From positions 39,122,001 through 39,186,000 of the forward strand of contig OX597829.1 in the NCBI GenBank assembly GCA_951406725.2: a DNA stretch of 64,000 nucleotides, read 5' to 3'. Of the stretch, positions 30,470 to 42,530 are shown one piece after another. This DNA is from Octopus vulgaris (Eukaryota). Position 1 is the stretch's first letter; each line of letters starts with the position of its first letter. A model generated the notes under the pieces. The model was not told the origin of the DNA. It did not search any database and saw only the letters and a program-made list of their open reading frames with translations. The translations under genes were made by a program, and so were the position numbers.

Positions 30470-31545
30470 AAGACAGTGTGTGAGAGAGAATCATAATGTC
30501 ATAGGAAAGAAATGTGTCTACATGGATGATGGCTCACCTGCATTTAATGAGGCTGCAAAGAGAGATACTTGGAGGTACCACTATGAAAGGTTGCTAAAGA
30601 GAATGAATGGGAAAAAGTCTGCTGAATGTTGACCCAACAGAGGGACCAGCTATCCAAATTGACAGTACCTTAGTAGATAAAACAATTAAGAGTAAGAAGA
30701 CAGGCAAAGCCCCCGGCCCATCAGGAATCACCACAGAGATGCTTAAAATATCTGGTGGTATTGGCTATAGTCTAGTCACCTGTATAGTCAATCAGATGAT
30801 ACACGAAGGAGTCATACCCAATGACTGGAGTAGCAGCACCATAGTCAGCTGCTACAAAGGTAAGTGATGCATTAGATACGAATAATTATAGAGGTATCAA
30901 GTTATTGGATCAGGTAATGAAAGTCACGGAGAGGGTCATGGCCCAACCAATTAGGGAGAGAATCAGTTTAGACAATGCAGTTTGGGTCTGTGCAGGGGAA
31001 AAGCAACATTGATGCTATATTTCTCTAAGATAGCTGCAGGAGAAATACCTAGCCAAAGATAACCCTTTCTACCTGCCTTTCATTGACATGGAGAAAGCCT
31101 TTGACAGGGTCCCCTAATCCCTTATCTGGTGGTCAATGCAGAAACTAGGGATAGATGAGTGGTTAGTGATAGCTGTACAAGCCATGTACAAGGATGCTGT
31201 CAGTAAGGTGAGGGTTTGCAATGAGTATAGTGAAGAATTCCAGGTAGTGGTCCACCAAGGATCAGTCCTCAGCCCTTACTCCTATTCATCACAGTCCTCC
31301 AGGCAATAACAGAGGAATTCAAGACAGGATGCCCCTGGGAGCTTCTCTGTGCTGATGAGCTTGCTCTAAGAGCTGAGTCACTATCAGAACAAGAGAAGTT
31401 TCATGTGTGGAAGCAAGGTCTAGAATCAAAGGGCCTTAGAGTCAATCTAGCAAAAACCAAACTCTTAGTAAGTAGGAAGGCAGACAAATCACAAATCCCT
31501 TCAGGGGATGGCCCTGCTTGATCTGTAGAAAAGGCATAGGTAGGA
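30470..31545 (+). mobile_element. RTE-clade LINE reverse transcriptase fragment (pseudogenised)
   Basis: KAPGPSGITTEMLK, IPNDW, NYRGIKLL, FIDMEKAFDRVP, HQGSVLSP, LLCADE (YADD-equivalent). Confidence 0.9.
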
Positions 31546-32557
31546 AGTCAACTAACTAATGACAGAACCGGTAGACAGGAACTGTATAGAAACCAATCAT
31601 CATCCTTTAACATCCATTTTCCATTTTGGCATGGGTTGGACATATATAATACACTTGTCTCACCACTTGTCACAGGCTTTTGTCATCTTTTTTTCAAGAG
31701 CTTTGAAATCCTGAAATCAAACCTGAAATTTTTCCTACATCTTTGGGCTTTCTGTATCCACAAGCAAAATGCCCTCCATCCAATGGACAGTGCTATGTTG
31801 TCAAACATTTAAAACAAATTTTCTCAAAACAACTTGTCTGACCGTTCCATAGGCCTCCCCTTTGAGAAACACTGATTTAACCTAAATTTGAGACACCAGC
31901 AAAAGAAGAAATAAAGATAGACTTTTCTTCTATTTCAGGAAAAACGATTTTACAAATGCACGTTCCCACAGCTTTATCGATCGCATTCTCACCTGGAATT
32001 GATTCTTGTAATTTTTGTCAAGACTTATACATGCCCTGATACCATCGGTATCTACATATCGAATTTGAGTGCAATCGGATGGAGGATGCCCGAGATCCTA
32101 GAAGACACACACACACAACGGATTTTATATAATAGATAGGCTTCTTCCACTTAGATCTTGGTACACTATTCTAGAATATTTTCCCATGAATTACTACATG
32201 AACACTAATAAAATAATTCTTTACTTCCAACAGAAACTGCCAAATCTTTCATGACATGAGTAATCAATGATTTCCTTCTTATTTATCATTCCTTAAACAC
32301 TTCTGAACAAAATTTCTCGCTATTTTCTTGGCACTATATCAACGAAATAATGATGTTACTGTTATCCAAATTGATACAAATTAATGGTTAATGCTATAAT
32401 TACTGACATTACTTCAACTTTGGATGCTCTCCACTTTCGTTCTACTCCAGATATTGACAATTAAATGAAACTGAATAAATTAGCAGGCAGGCACAGTATT
32501 TACATTATTAACAAACAAGTCAATTATTAGTTGAAAATAATTATTTGCTTAAATACA

Positions 32558-32790
32558 TATTTCTTTACTACCCACAAGGGGCTAAACACAGAGAGGACAA
32601 ACAAGGATAGATAAATGGATTAAGTCGATTATATCGACCCCAGTGCATAACTGGTACTTAATTTATCGACCCCGAAAGGATGAAAGGCAAAGTCGACCTC
32701 AGCAGAATTTGAATTCAGAACATAGCGGCAGATGAAATACTGCTAAGCATTTCACCCAGCGTGCTAACGTTTGTGCCAGCTAGCCACCTT
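32558..32790 (-). mobile_element. SINE family A
   Basis: TSD TTATTTGCTTAAATAC on both sides. Confidence 0.9.
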
Positions 32791-33329
32791 TTATTTGCTT
32801 AAATACCTTTGTATTAAGTCTTGTCTTCACTGCTGTCTTTCTGGAGCAATAACTTTTGCATATGCAGTGGCAGACTGGCCAGGTTTCCAGCTTGCCCAAT
32901 GGCAAGTGGGCCCCTGCGCCATTAGAATCCATATATGAGGGCCCATCTAAGAATCCAATCCCCTCAAGTTTGAGAATTTATTTGCTCCTGGAAGAATGCA
33001 ATTATTTCAGCCTGGCTGTGTTTGTAGGCAGTTGAAAAGAATACTTTAACAAAAAAAAAAAAAAATTATAGCATTGTAGTTGCAGGTGGGCACCCTTGGT
33101 CTCCTGGCAACCAATATTATACCAGAAAGCCTTCCTCTTCCCTTATAGCAGTGATTCCATTCAAGGCCCCACCCCTGCGCCAACACCAGGACGCAAAACC
33201 TCTCCTCTGTACAAGAAGACCCTCTCAATTTAAAGTGACCCATTTATGTCTGAAGTAATAACACTTAATGCTTATTAAAGAAGCAGGCCTGGAAGGAGTG
33301 GAAGTGTGGGGGGTAGCAGGGAATTGTAT

Positions 33330-33952
33330 CAGATAACCAGAAGGAAAGTTTGGAGGCAGGTATATTTAGCCAGAGAGCAGCAGAAAAGAAGTAGTTTGCC
33401 AATGTTCTGCAATGTGAGGAACAGGGACTTGAAGTGTTTCAGATTGCAAGACAGTGTGTGAGAGAAAATCGTGATGTTATAGGAGAGAATATGTGTCTGT
33501 ATGGATGATGGTTCACTCGCATTTAATGATTCTGCAAAGAAAGAGGCTCAGATATGCCATTATGAAAAGCTGCTAATTGAAGAGCATTAATGGGAGAAGG
33601 AAAATCTGCCAAATGTTGACCCAACTGAGGGACTAGCTATCCGAATTGGTAGTACTTTGGTAGACAAACAATTAAGGATATGAAGACAGGGAAAGCCACT
33701 GACCCATCAGGAATCCTCACTGAGATGCTTAAAATATCTGGCAGCGTAGGTTATGGTCTAGTTACCCATATAGTTAACCAGGTGGTACATGAAGGAGTCA
33801 TACCCAATGACTGGTCTAGCAGTACCATAGTCAACTGCTACAAAGGTAAAGGTGATGCATTAGACAGAAATAATTACAGAGGTGTCAGATTGTTGGATCA
33901 GGTAATGAAAGTCACAGAGAGGATCATAGCCCAACTAATTAAGAGAAGAGTT
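33330..33952 (+). mobile_element. Second RTE LINE fragment, same family as 30470-31545
   Basis: MKTGKATDPSGILTEMLK..IPNDW..YKGKGDALDRNNYRGVRLL; joins a SINE-C-like 3' tail at 33953-34078. Confidence 0.85.
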
Positions 33953-34075
33953 AGGCATCCGGCCATAGAAACCATGCCAAATCAGACGGGAGTTTGGTGC
34001 AACCCCTCAGCTTACCAGCCTGGTCAAACCATCCAATCCATGCCAGCACAGACAACAGACGTTAAATGATGACTA

Positions 34076-34109
<34 letters not shown>

Positions 34110-34439
34110 CTAGATAATCTTCTACTATATCAATTTTAACATTCCCTGTGTAACAAATGCTATGATTTGAAGTAATACTTTTGTTTTGTGAAGTGAAGTT
34201 TGGTAATATCTATAAAAGGTACAATTGTTACACTGAACAGATTTTTATGAAGTTTGCTAGCTGGATGAAATAAAGCCACATGATAGAATTTAGAAAACAA
34301 TCAAAAAAAAAAAAAAAAATGAACTGAACGTTACAGGATTTATTTTTGATTTGTTTTCTATTTTTCTTTAGATATTTTACTTTGGAATTAATTATGTTTT
34401 CTTCTATACATCATATTGAATATTGTAATCATTTGAAGC

Positions 34440-35060
34440 CTCATGGTCCAGAAGACAAAGGGCTCAGAAAACAAGAAAGGCTTACAGGCACCAATCTCTG
34501 AGATGACAAAATGCCATGGAAACACAAGAACAAGAAGTAAAACTTCAGCTTAGAACAACCAGACAAGCTCACTTCGGGGAGCAAGAAACGCCAGAGCAGA
34601 AACAACAGAGATTGGAGTCTCAAGTCAATAGAAAAGCCTGCTTAAGAGAACAGATGTTAACAGAACAACTTCAAAGTAACACAGCCAGAAATGCCTGCTG
34701 CAGAGATCAAGAAACATCAGACCAACAACAAGTTGAGTTGAAATTTAACCCTTTACCATTCCTATTACTCTGTTAAATGTAATGCTTATTTATTCACATT
34801 GTTTTAAATTAATCATGCATTATGTTGTAGCTTTGAGATTTCAATGGTATGTTTAGCTTTAGAATGATATTGTAGGATAGGTGTAAGAGACTGAATCTTG
34901 CCAGTTTGAACATAAAACAGTTGGAATATTTGAGGCGGATATGGCCGGTTTAAACATTAAAGGGTTAAACCTTTTGCTCATGAAGAGAGGCAACTAGCAG
35001 TCTTTAACTACAATCTGACACATGAGCATTACACTAGATGCCTCATGAATACATATGAGT
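34440..35060 (+). mobile_element. Helitron Rep/Hel N-terminal fragment interrupted by a TTAA MITE (34745-34968)
   Basis: ETQEQ/ETPEQKQQRLE/ETSDQQQ repeats before the MITE and LAVFNYN after it, typical of animal Helitron N-termini. Confidence 0.55.
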
Positions 35061-35312
35061 ACAGAGCAGAGTGAAGGCCAGGTGACCACTAGTGTGTGTG
35101 TGTATGAAAGAAAGAAGAATAAATAAATGTCATACTTTTATAGACACCTAACACACTTTTGTAATTGAACTAAGACTAAAAGCCTTCATAATTCTTATTG
35201 ATATGAAAAGTCAAAATGTAGATTAACAAAAATATAGATATATAATTGGAATACAAAATACAAAATGGCTGGCCGTTAGTAAGGAGAGACACACAAATAA
35301 GAAAGCAAAGGA

Positions 35313-35352
35313 CCACTGATGAGGTCACAGAAGTGTGACGAAAGAACTCTGG
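35313..35352 (+). ncRNA. Minimal type-I hammerhead ribozyme
   Basis: CCA-CTGATGA-G-GTCACA-GAAG-TGTGAC-GAAAG-AA-CTC-TGG: intact core, perfect 6-bp stem II, CUC triplet. Confidence 0.8.
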
Positions 35353-35824
35353 CCGAAATAAGATTAAGATTAATGTAAAAAATAAATAACGCTGAAGCAA
35401 AGTAACACCAAATATATAGTGCGTGTGTTTTTATTGGCTAAACTGGCAAAATGGCCATTCCTAAATGCAACAATATAGATATATTCTTAATAAAGTAATA
35501 TAAGACTTCCTTATATTGGCACTTATTAAGCTAGTTACTAAGCATGTATGTATTCACACAAACAGATAGGGACGAAGAGAGATAATAAATTATATTTTTG
35601 TTTTTTCTTGACAAATATGGAAAAAAGAAAAAAAAAAGAAACAAGTCGCTATGCCATCTGGTGGGCTAAAGTCAAACAATACATGTGAATTTCACTGCAA
35701 TGTTTACACACAAAACAGTTGTATCAATGATCCACCACTGGAAGTAAATAATTTGTACAAACCATTCTAAAAGTTTCAAACCTTAATGCCTCAAAACATT
35801 AATCTCTTAGAACCTAAAGACAGT

Positions 35825-36110
35825 GGAGGCACATGGCCTAGAGGTTAGAGCAGCAGGCTCGCGGTCGAGGGATCGCGGATTTGAATCTCTGACCAGGCGA
35901 TGTGTGTGTTTGTGAGCGAAACACCTAATGCTCCACGCAGCTCTGGCAGAAGGAAATGGCAAACTTCTGCTGACTCTTTCGCCACAACTTTCTCTCGCTC
36001 TTTCCTCCTGCATCTAGCAGCTCACCTGCGACGGACCGGCGTCCCGTTCAGGTGGGGAACCTATAAGCCAAGGAAACCGGAAAACAGGCATGGCTCAAGA
36101 AGGAACAAAC
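35825..36110 (+). mobile_element. tRNA-derived SINE related to 4078-4461
   Basis: GGAGGCACATGGCCTAGAGGTTAGAGC head, GAGCGAAACACCTAA..GCTCCACG body, (AAAC)n tail. Confidence 0.8.
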
Positions 36111-36508
36111 AAACAAACAAAAAAAATGAACTGCTGCTAAACATTTTGCCTGAGTTCAAATTCTCTTGAGGTTGAATTTGCCTTTCATCCGTACAAGTCA
36201 AAATAAGTACCAATTAATGTAATCAACTTGCCCCCTGCTACCCCCAACATTGCTGGCCTTGTGCCAAAACTTGAAACCAATATTAATTTCTTAGGAATAG
36301 AAAGTCAAAAGGATATACAGGAAGGAAGAGCAACATTTATAGTTCTTACTGGGAATCTAAATTGGGTCATGGATTGAGATTTAGTTTGGTAAAACTAAAA
36401 ACAAAACAACAAAATTCTTCCACCAGCCACACCATGACAGAGCCACATGCATCAAATATTTGTTACATCATTACAATCACCAACATCATAATTATCATCA
36501 CTCTTTAT

Positions 36509-37307
36509 CCTCATTTTCATCAGGCACTATACAGGGTGCCCCCAAATTAAAAGCAACCAAAGTTTCAGGCTTTTATAACTATCAATAAATGTGATAAGAT
36601 ATAAAAATTATACACCATTATAAAAGCTTAGTGTGTTTTCTTTTTGTTTCAGAGTAAACAAATTATTTTGAAAATTAATTTGGAAGGATTTAGTTCGATA
36701 CATAGGTGCAGTCTTCTGCCAAGAAACACAGTTCCAGGTTCAGTCCTACTATGTGGCACCTTGGACAAGTGCCTTCCTCATTTTCATCAGGCACTATACA
36801 GGGTGCCCCCAAATTAAAAGCAACCAAAGTTTCAGGCTTTTATAACTATCAATAAATGTGATAAGATATAAAAATTATACACCATTATAAAAGCTTAGTG
36901 TGTTTTCTTTTTGTTTCAGAGTAAACAAATTATTTTGAAAATTAATTTGGAAGGATTTAGTTCGATACATAGGTGCAGTCTTCTGCCAAGAAACACAGTT
37001 CAGGTTCAGTCCTACTATGTGGCACCTTGGACAAGTGCCTTCCTCATTTTCATCAGGCACTATACAGGGTGCCCCCAAATTAAAAGCAACCAAAGTTTCA
37101 GGCTTTTATAACTATCAATAAATGTGATAAGATATAAAAATTATACACCATTATAAAAGCTTAGTGTGTTTTCTTTTGTTTCAGAGTAAACAAATTATTT
37201 TGAAAATTAATTTGGAAGGATTTAGTTCGATACATAGGTGCAGTCTTCTGCCAAGAAACACAGTTCCAGGTTCAGTCCTACTATGTGGCACCTTGGACAA
37301 GTGCCTT
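36509..37307. repeat. Tandem triplication, ~266-267 bp unit
   Basis: Units start at 36509, 36776 and 37042; near-identical. Confidence 0.95.
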
Positions 37308-37795
37308 CCACTACAGCCTCAAGCCAGCTAAAACCTTCTGAGTGGATTTGGTTGATAGAACCTGAAAGAAGCCCATCATTTATATATGCGGGTGTGAGTG
37401 CCTTTGAGCATGTGTATGTATACATAAGAGCATGCATGTTTGTCTTGACATCATATGTAAACAAGTGCCACTGTTATAAAAATAGTGTCGTTTCTAGTAT
37501 TCTGTAAGAACATATCCAGTCAAGGGGAAATGTTATGTTTCTTAGAATAGGTGAGTTGGCAACAGTTGTAAAAAAAAACTGCCTCAAAGTAGATATTAAA
37601 TGATTTAGATCTGCAATTAAGCTGTTTGAAAAAAAAAATGCTTCTTGCATAAAATTTAAACAGTATCAAAAATAAGTCATCAGATGATGAAGTCCATGAC
37701 GTGCGTGCGTGCGTGCGTGAAATATGAAAAGGAAATAGCCATAATCAATCCTTTCCATTATTTACATTTTACGTATATGTATTAACCACTACGCC

Positions 37796-38035
37796 ATATG
37801 GCATAGTGGTTAAGAGCACAGGCTACTAACCCCAAGATTCCGAGTTCAATTCCAGGCAGTGACCAGAATAATAATAATAGTAATAATAACATTGAAATAT
37901 ACCTTAGGAATGAGAACCCAGGTTCAAAATTTCCCCAACACACCTGATGAAGGCTGGAGGGTATATCAGTTGAAACAATGTGTAAATAATGTAAATAATG
38001 TACATAATTCCTCATCTCTTAAATATAGAACTGTA
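37796..38035 (+). mobile_element. tRNA-headed SINE-like element with a 3' hammerhead motif (37940-37983)
   Basis: TGGCATAGTGG A box, GAGTTCAATTCC B box, (AAT)n linker, then ACAC-CTGATGA-AGGCTGG..TCAGTT-GAAAC-AAT-GTGT. Confidence 0.75.
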
Positions 38036-38689
38036 TCACTCCTTTCACTCATAAATCTTCTCAATTACTTGGATGTAAAACAATCATACAACCATGGCAT
38101 CCTCAAAAATAAATTTAAAAAATAAAAAATATAATCTAACACTTTTGTTATAATTCAGGGAAACAATTTTAGTAAAATTTAACTTTAGTAAAATAATTTT
38201 TCTGTTCAGCTGAACTTCAGAATACACTAATAATATAAGCTGGGCTGGGGGGGGGGGGGGGTTGGATCTTAAAATAGATAAAGTTAGAAAAGTGTAAATA
38301 TTGAGTTGAGAAACCCTTTGGATATTAAAAGTCAAAGGTTGCCATGGGATTTGAACCCACATCTCTTCTAAACAGGATACATTCTGCTATTGGACCAAAG
38401 CAATCTTTTGGAATTTCTCTTTTCATTTTAGAAACTTTATTCTTATCAGCAAGAATTCTTTTGGAGAGGACAGTGGCTCTCAAAACAGATAAAGCTAGAA
38501 ATAATATTTACAAGCTATTATTTTATAACTTTATCTGATTCAAGATTCTCTGTTCAAAAAAAAAAAAATCTTAAAGTTTATAAATTCTTATGATGTCAGC
38601 AATAGTGAAAGTTTTAATTTATACCATTTTAAAATAGGAAAATGTGTTTCATAGATCCAAAGGTAGTCCCATGTGGAGTCAGTATCAAA

Positions 38690-41600
38690 AGTAATAGATA
38701 ACAATAAATTGCTTTTCACCAAGGAATGCCCCAGGGACTACACCTTTGTTCTACACTGTATTTATTTCTGTATAAATGCACTTTGTGCACAATATAATCA
38801 TTAGTTACTGATTTCCAACAACCTAATGCTCACAGCATTTATGAATGCAACACAGTTAAAGGAGTGCCTATACAACGCTCAACACTGCATTGTTGGATAT
38901 ATAAGGAGTATGTGTATACATAAATGTCAAATAATGAAATGAGTGCTCAACACCGTATTGGTAGATATATAAGAATGTTAAAATAATGAAATTATTGTAT
39001 GCAGTGCTCAGGTGCACCACAACTTGTCAAAAGTGCGTATAAAGCATATGCAGTAATGTACAAATGACTGGAAAGTGAACAGTGTATGAGTCAGATACAT
39101 GCTTGCGTGTGTATGGAGGGGAGAAAATCAGGTGTAGTGTTGGCAAATCTCAGGAAGCATGGAAGTTTTGAAGGATGCAGTGCTCCGACAACTAACAACT
39201 GGTGCCGGCAGTTTGTTCCATGCTTCAGCAACACTAAGAGTGAAAAGTCTCAGAGGTGATGGAGATGGAACATTTTGATCTTCGACAGTAAAGATGTCTG
39301 CATAGCATCCAGCAATGATTTCTGCACATTCTTTGGGATTGCCAGTAATCTGCCCTGTGTGGGGATTGTGAAGGGGACCAACTGGAGAGTGAGGTTTCTG
39401 CTTTGAATATACATACTTCCAGGACACTTTGCTGTCAGGGTTGGTTGCTATGCGCTGTTCGAATTCAAGCACTGCCTTTTTTGTCACCTGCTTGAGATGG
39501 TTAGCTGATCTATTGCGCTTTTTTCTGTTGATCTCTGATTTGTGCAATTTGTAATCCTGTTCAACATTACGCCGTTCTTTCCTGGCAAGTCAGACTGCTG
39601 CACTCTCTCAAATTGCACTATTGGGTGGGGGTTTTTTTTGTGTGTGTGTGGTACCGATGCTGCACGTGCCACCCATATTGAATTCAGAATGTTCTGAAGT
39701 ATAGTGTTCACATCTCCAGAGGCATAAAATTCGAGCCAGCTTGGGCTTCGCAGCTCGGTACAATAAGAGCTCCAGTCTGCTTTATTCCAGTCAAAGTGGG
39801 CAGTTTGAAGATGGTTGTGGTTTTTGTTACAACTAATCAGAGACAAGTCAGCCATGATCATGGAATGATCAGAGTCACCTAAAGGTTACTTGTACTTGTG
39901 GCGATATTCACCTGGGCGGGTTGAGTCAGCTTCTACCATGAAAGAAGTTTCGTGGGAATATGTGGATTTCACAAGCGGTCCTCAACAATCCAGCATGTAG
40001 AGACATCCTGTTTGCCGCAGATTGTCTGCAGACGCAGGGACAGAATGACCGAAGAGCTGCCAGTTGCTGAAACAGACACTCCAAGGATTTTCACCAGAGC
40101 CCCGTCTGCCAGGTTGTGGCCCTAATACCACTCGGTGTCATACCAATCCGCCTTGGGTGGCCCTATCAGGAACCGAAGTTCCTGACAGCATAGTTCTGAC
40201 ACTATCCGTTGCCAACATCCCCACCATGGTGTGGAGGGGATGAACTTAGTAGTGACACTAATAATTGTTTCAGGAGAAGCGGTAAATAGCAGATCCAAAG
40301 TGTTGTTAACCCTTGTGGAGGAGGTAACAACTTGGGACCAATTTGAATTAGCACCAGTTCAAGGAAATCGTTTGCACTTTGCAGCCAACAGAAGGCCTCC
40401 CAGTCAATCTCAGGGAAATTGAAGTCCCCTGCAATATAAACATAAGTGGCTGTTTTTATGGCAGCAACTCTGAGGATATCAAAAAGTTGTGTGTCTAGAC
40501 AATAATTTGTGGGGGCAGTAAACAACTTCAAGTAGAAGTGTTGACATGGTCATGTGTATATTGAAGAAAAATACTTCCTGCTGAGATTGGTTCAAATCAT
40601 CATAAGGAATTGCCGATAGATTTGAACGAACATAAACCATCACACCCCCACCACAGCGATTAATGCGGTCTTTGCGGAACAGGTTGTAGCCGGCTATGCT
40701 GAAAACCCCATCACAGAGTGCAGAATGTGCCTATGTTTCCGAGACTGATGAAATCTGGGTCAATACTTTTGATGTAAGAGTCAAAAAGATGTACCTTGTT
40801 GCATAAACTACAAGCATTCAAGGACAGCAGTTTGTATCTGGATTTCAAATGGCGATGATATACAGGGGATGGCTGATTGTTCTTTAGTTTCCCATGATTT
40901 TTGTATTGCCAGTTAATGTGGATGCAGTTTGCTCAGTCCAACTGATATCCCTTATCCACGACTCACCAGACTTGATGAATTTCCATATTTGCCCATCATC
41001 GCATAGGCTAAAGCTTTCCTGTGGCACAGAGTTGCGATTTTGGGAAGCTACAGATCTTAGCTTTGGGTGTACATCAGGTGGAAGGCCAGGACGTGTCCTA
41101 AAGGTAATTCTGTTTTCGCGCTGAGCCCCATCAGCAGCTAGATGGTATGCCCGCGCCTCAGTAGTGTTTGGAAACATCAGCCTGATCAATCTGGGTTTGG
41201 ATCCTGGTCAGCCAAGGCGGAAAGCACTTTTTGGAGGAACACAACTTAGGTCCTTAGATGTGTTTCCAGTAAATGCCTGTAGATCTACCACATCTCCCGA
41301 TACTCCGATGGCAATTACCTCATGAGTGATTGATTCAGTGACTTCCTCGATGCGTCAAGGTTCCGTAAGAGCTATGGGTAAATTGCTGAGCAAGGCACTG
41401 ATATGACCCCTCATTGTGAAGTTTTGCACAGATGCTGGTTATGATTCCTGCTATTTCGCGGCTTAAAGCAGAAATCATTTGTCTAATTTCCGCAACTTCT
41501 GTGCTGATGGTCGATTTTTGTTGATGTTGAGAAGTATCCAGAGAGGAGGGCATGGTTGGCTTTTGTTCCCGCTGAAGTACTTTGGCTGGAATGATCAATT

Positions 41601-42530
41601 TTTGTTGTTGACGAGCAATAGGGGGGGAAGACACGGGCGGCTTAAGTTTTTGTTGATGTTCTTCAACAGGAATGGCCGATTTTTGATACTGTTGTTGAAG
41701 AGTGACAGGGGAGGAAGACATGGGCGGTTTTAATTTTTGTTGTTGTTCTTCATCAACGGAACTGGTTTTGGGAGACATAGTAGTTGGTTTTTGCTGTTCA
41801 GCAGCAATGGCAGTGGAAGACACGGTTGAGGGATTTTGTAGTTGCTGTTCAGCAGCAATGGTAGACCAGTTTGGTAGCTGGACCATTTCCCAGAGTTTAT
41901 CCATCATAGAAGTATGGTGTCCTTTCTTTTGACCTGGGATCTTTTGAAAGTTTGTGGCACATTGAAAGCAGATTGAAACACGACATTTACTGCATTCAAC
42001 CCATCTATTTCGGAAGGAATTTTCGAGTTTTGTGCATAGATGACAGATGTGATTTACTGGGCAATGCTCTATTTTAGGACAGCGACCAGTTTTGTCGCAC
42101 AGCTCATCTACGGATGAAACCATGGCAGTTTTGTTCTGTCTGCCCATCTGTACCATAGTACAAAGGTAAACAAAAAAAAGGACGTGAAGATATAGCACAC
42201 TTGTTAGGGAGATAAATAAGATGTTCTATTTTTTGTTGTTACTGTTGTTAACTGTTTCCACTTTCCTCATTGTATGTGTGTATACAAGATACAATTATAT
42301 GTGCAAGCAAGAGATGTAAGGAGTCAATGGTTGGTGTGTTTATAATGTGCTCACTTGTTAGGGGGATATATAAAGATCTTATTTTTTTGTTAACTGTTCC
42401 CGCTTTCCTCATTGTATGTGTGAATGAAAAAAGATATATAATTATATGTACAATCAAGAGATGTAAGGACTCAATGGTTTTGGTGTGTTTATAATGTGTG
42501 CACTTGTTAGGGAGATAAATAAATAAGATC
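38690..42530 (-). mobile_element. CR1/L2-group LINE with ORF1 (PHD-like finger), APE domain, deleted RT and 3' end
   Basis: ORF1 CHLC..WVECSKC..CFQC; APE motifs LSLNACSL, GYNLFRKDR..GGGVMVYV, IAGDFNFPEIDW, SDH; C-terminal FTLSVAEAWNKLP; tandem 5' repeats at 42199-42530. Confidence 0.85.
39885..40235 (-). mobile_element. RTE/BovB-like 5'-UTR fragment inserted in the CR1/L2 APE region
   Basis: Minus strand AACTATGCTG-[hairpin]-TAGGGCCACCCAAGGCGGA resembles the recalled BovB 5' motif AGCCATGCCG..TAGGGCCACCCAAGACGGA. Confidence 0.55.

Noticed and set aside
36509-37307. CRISPR-like or retrozyme-like tandem array
   Set aside because: Units are identical with no unique spacers. The minus-strand CTGATGA at the unit start has no matching stem II/GAAA/stem I arrangement that I could find.
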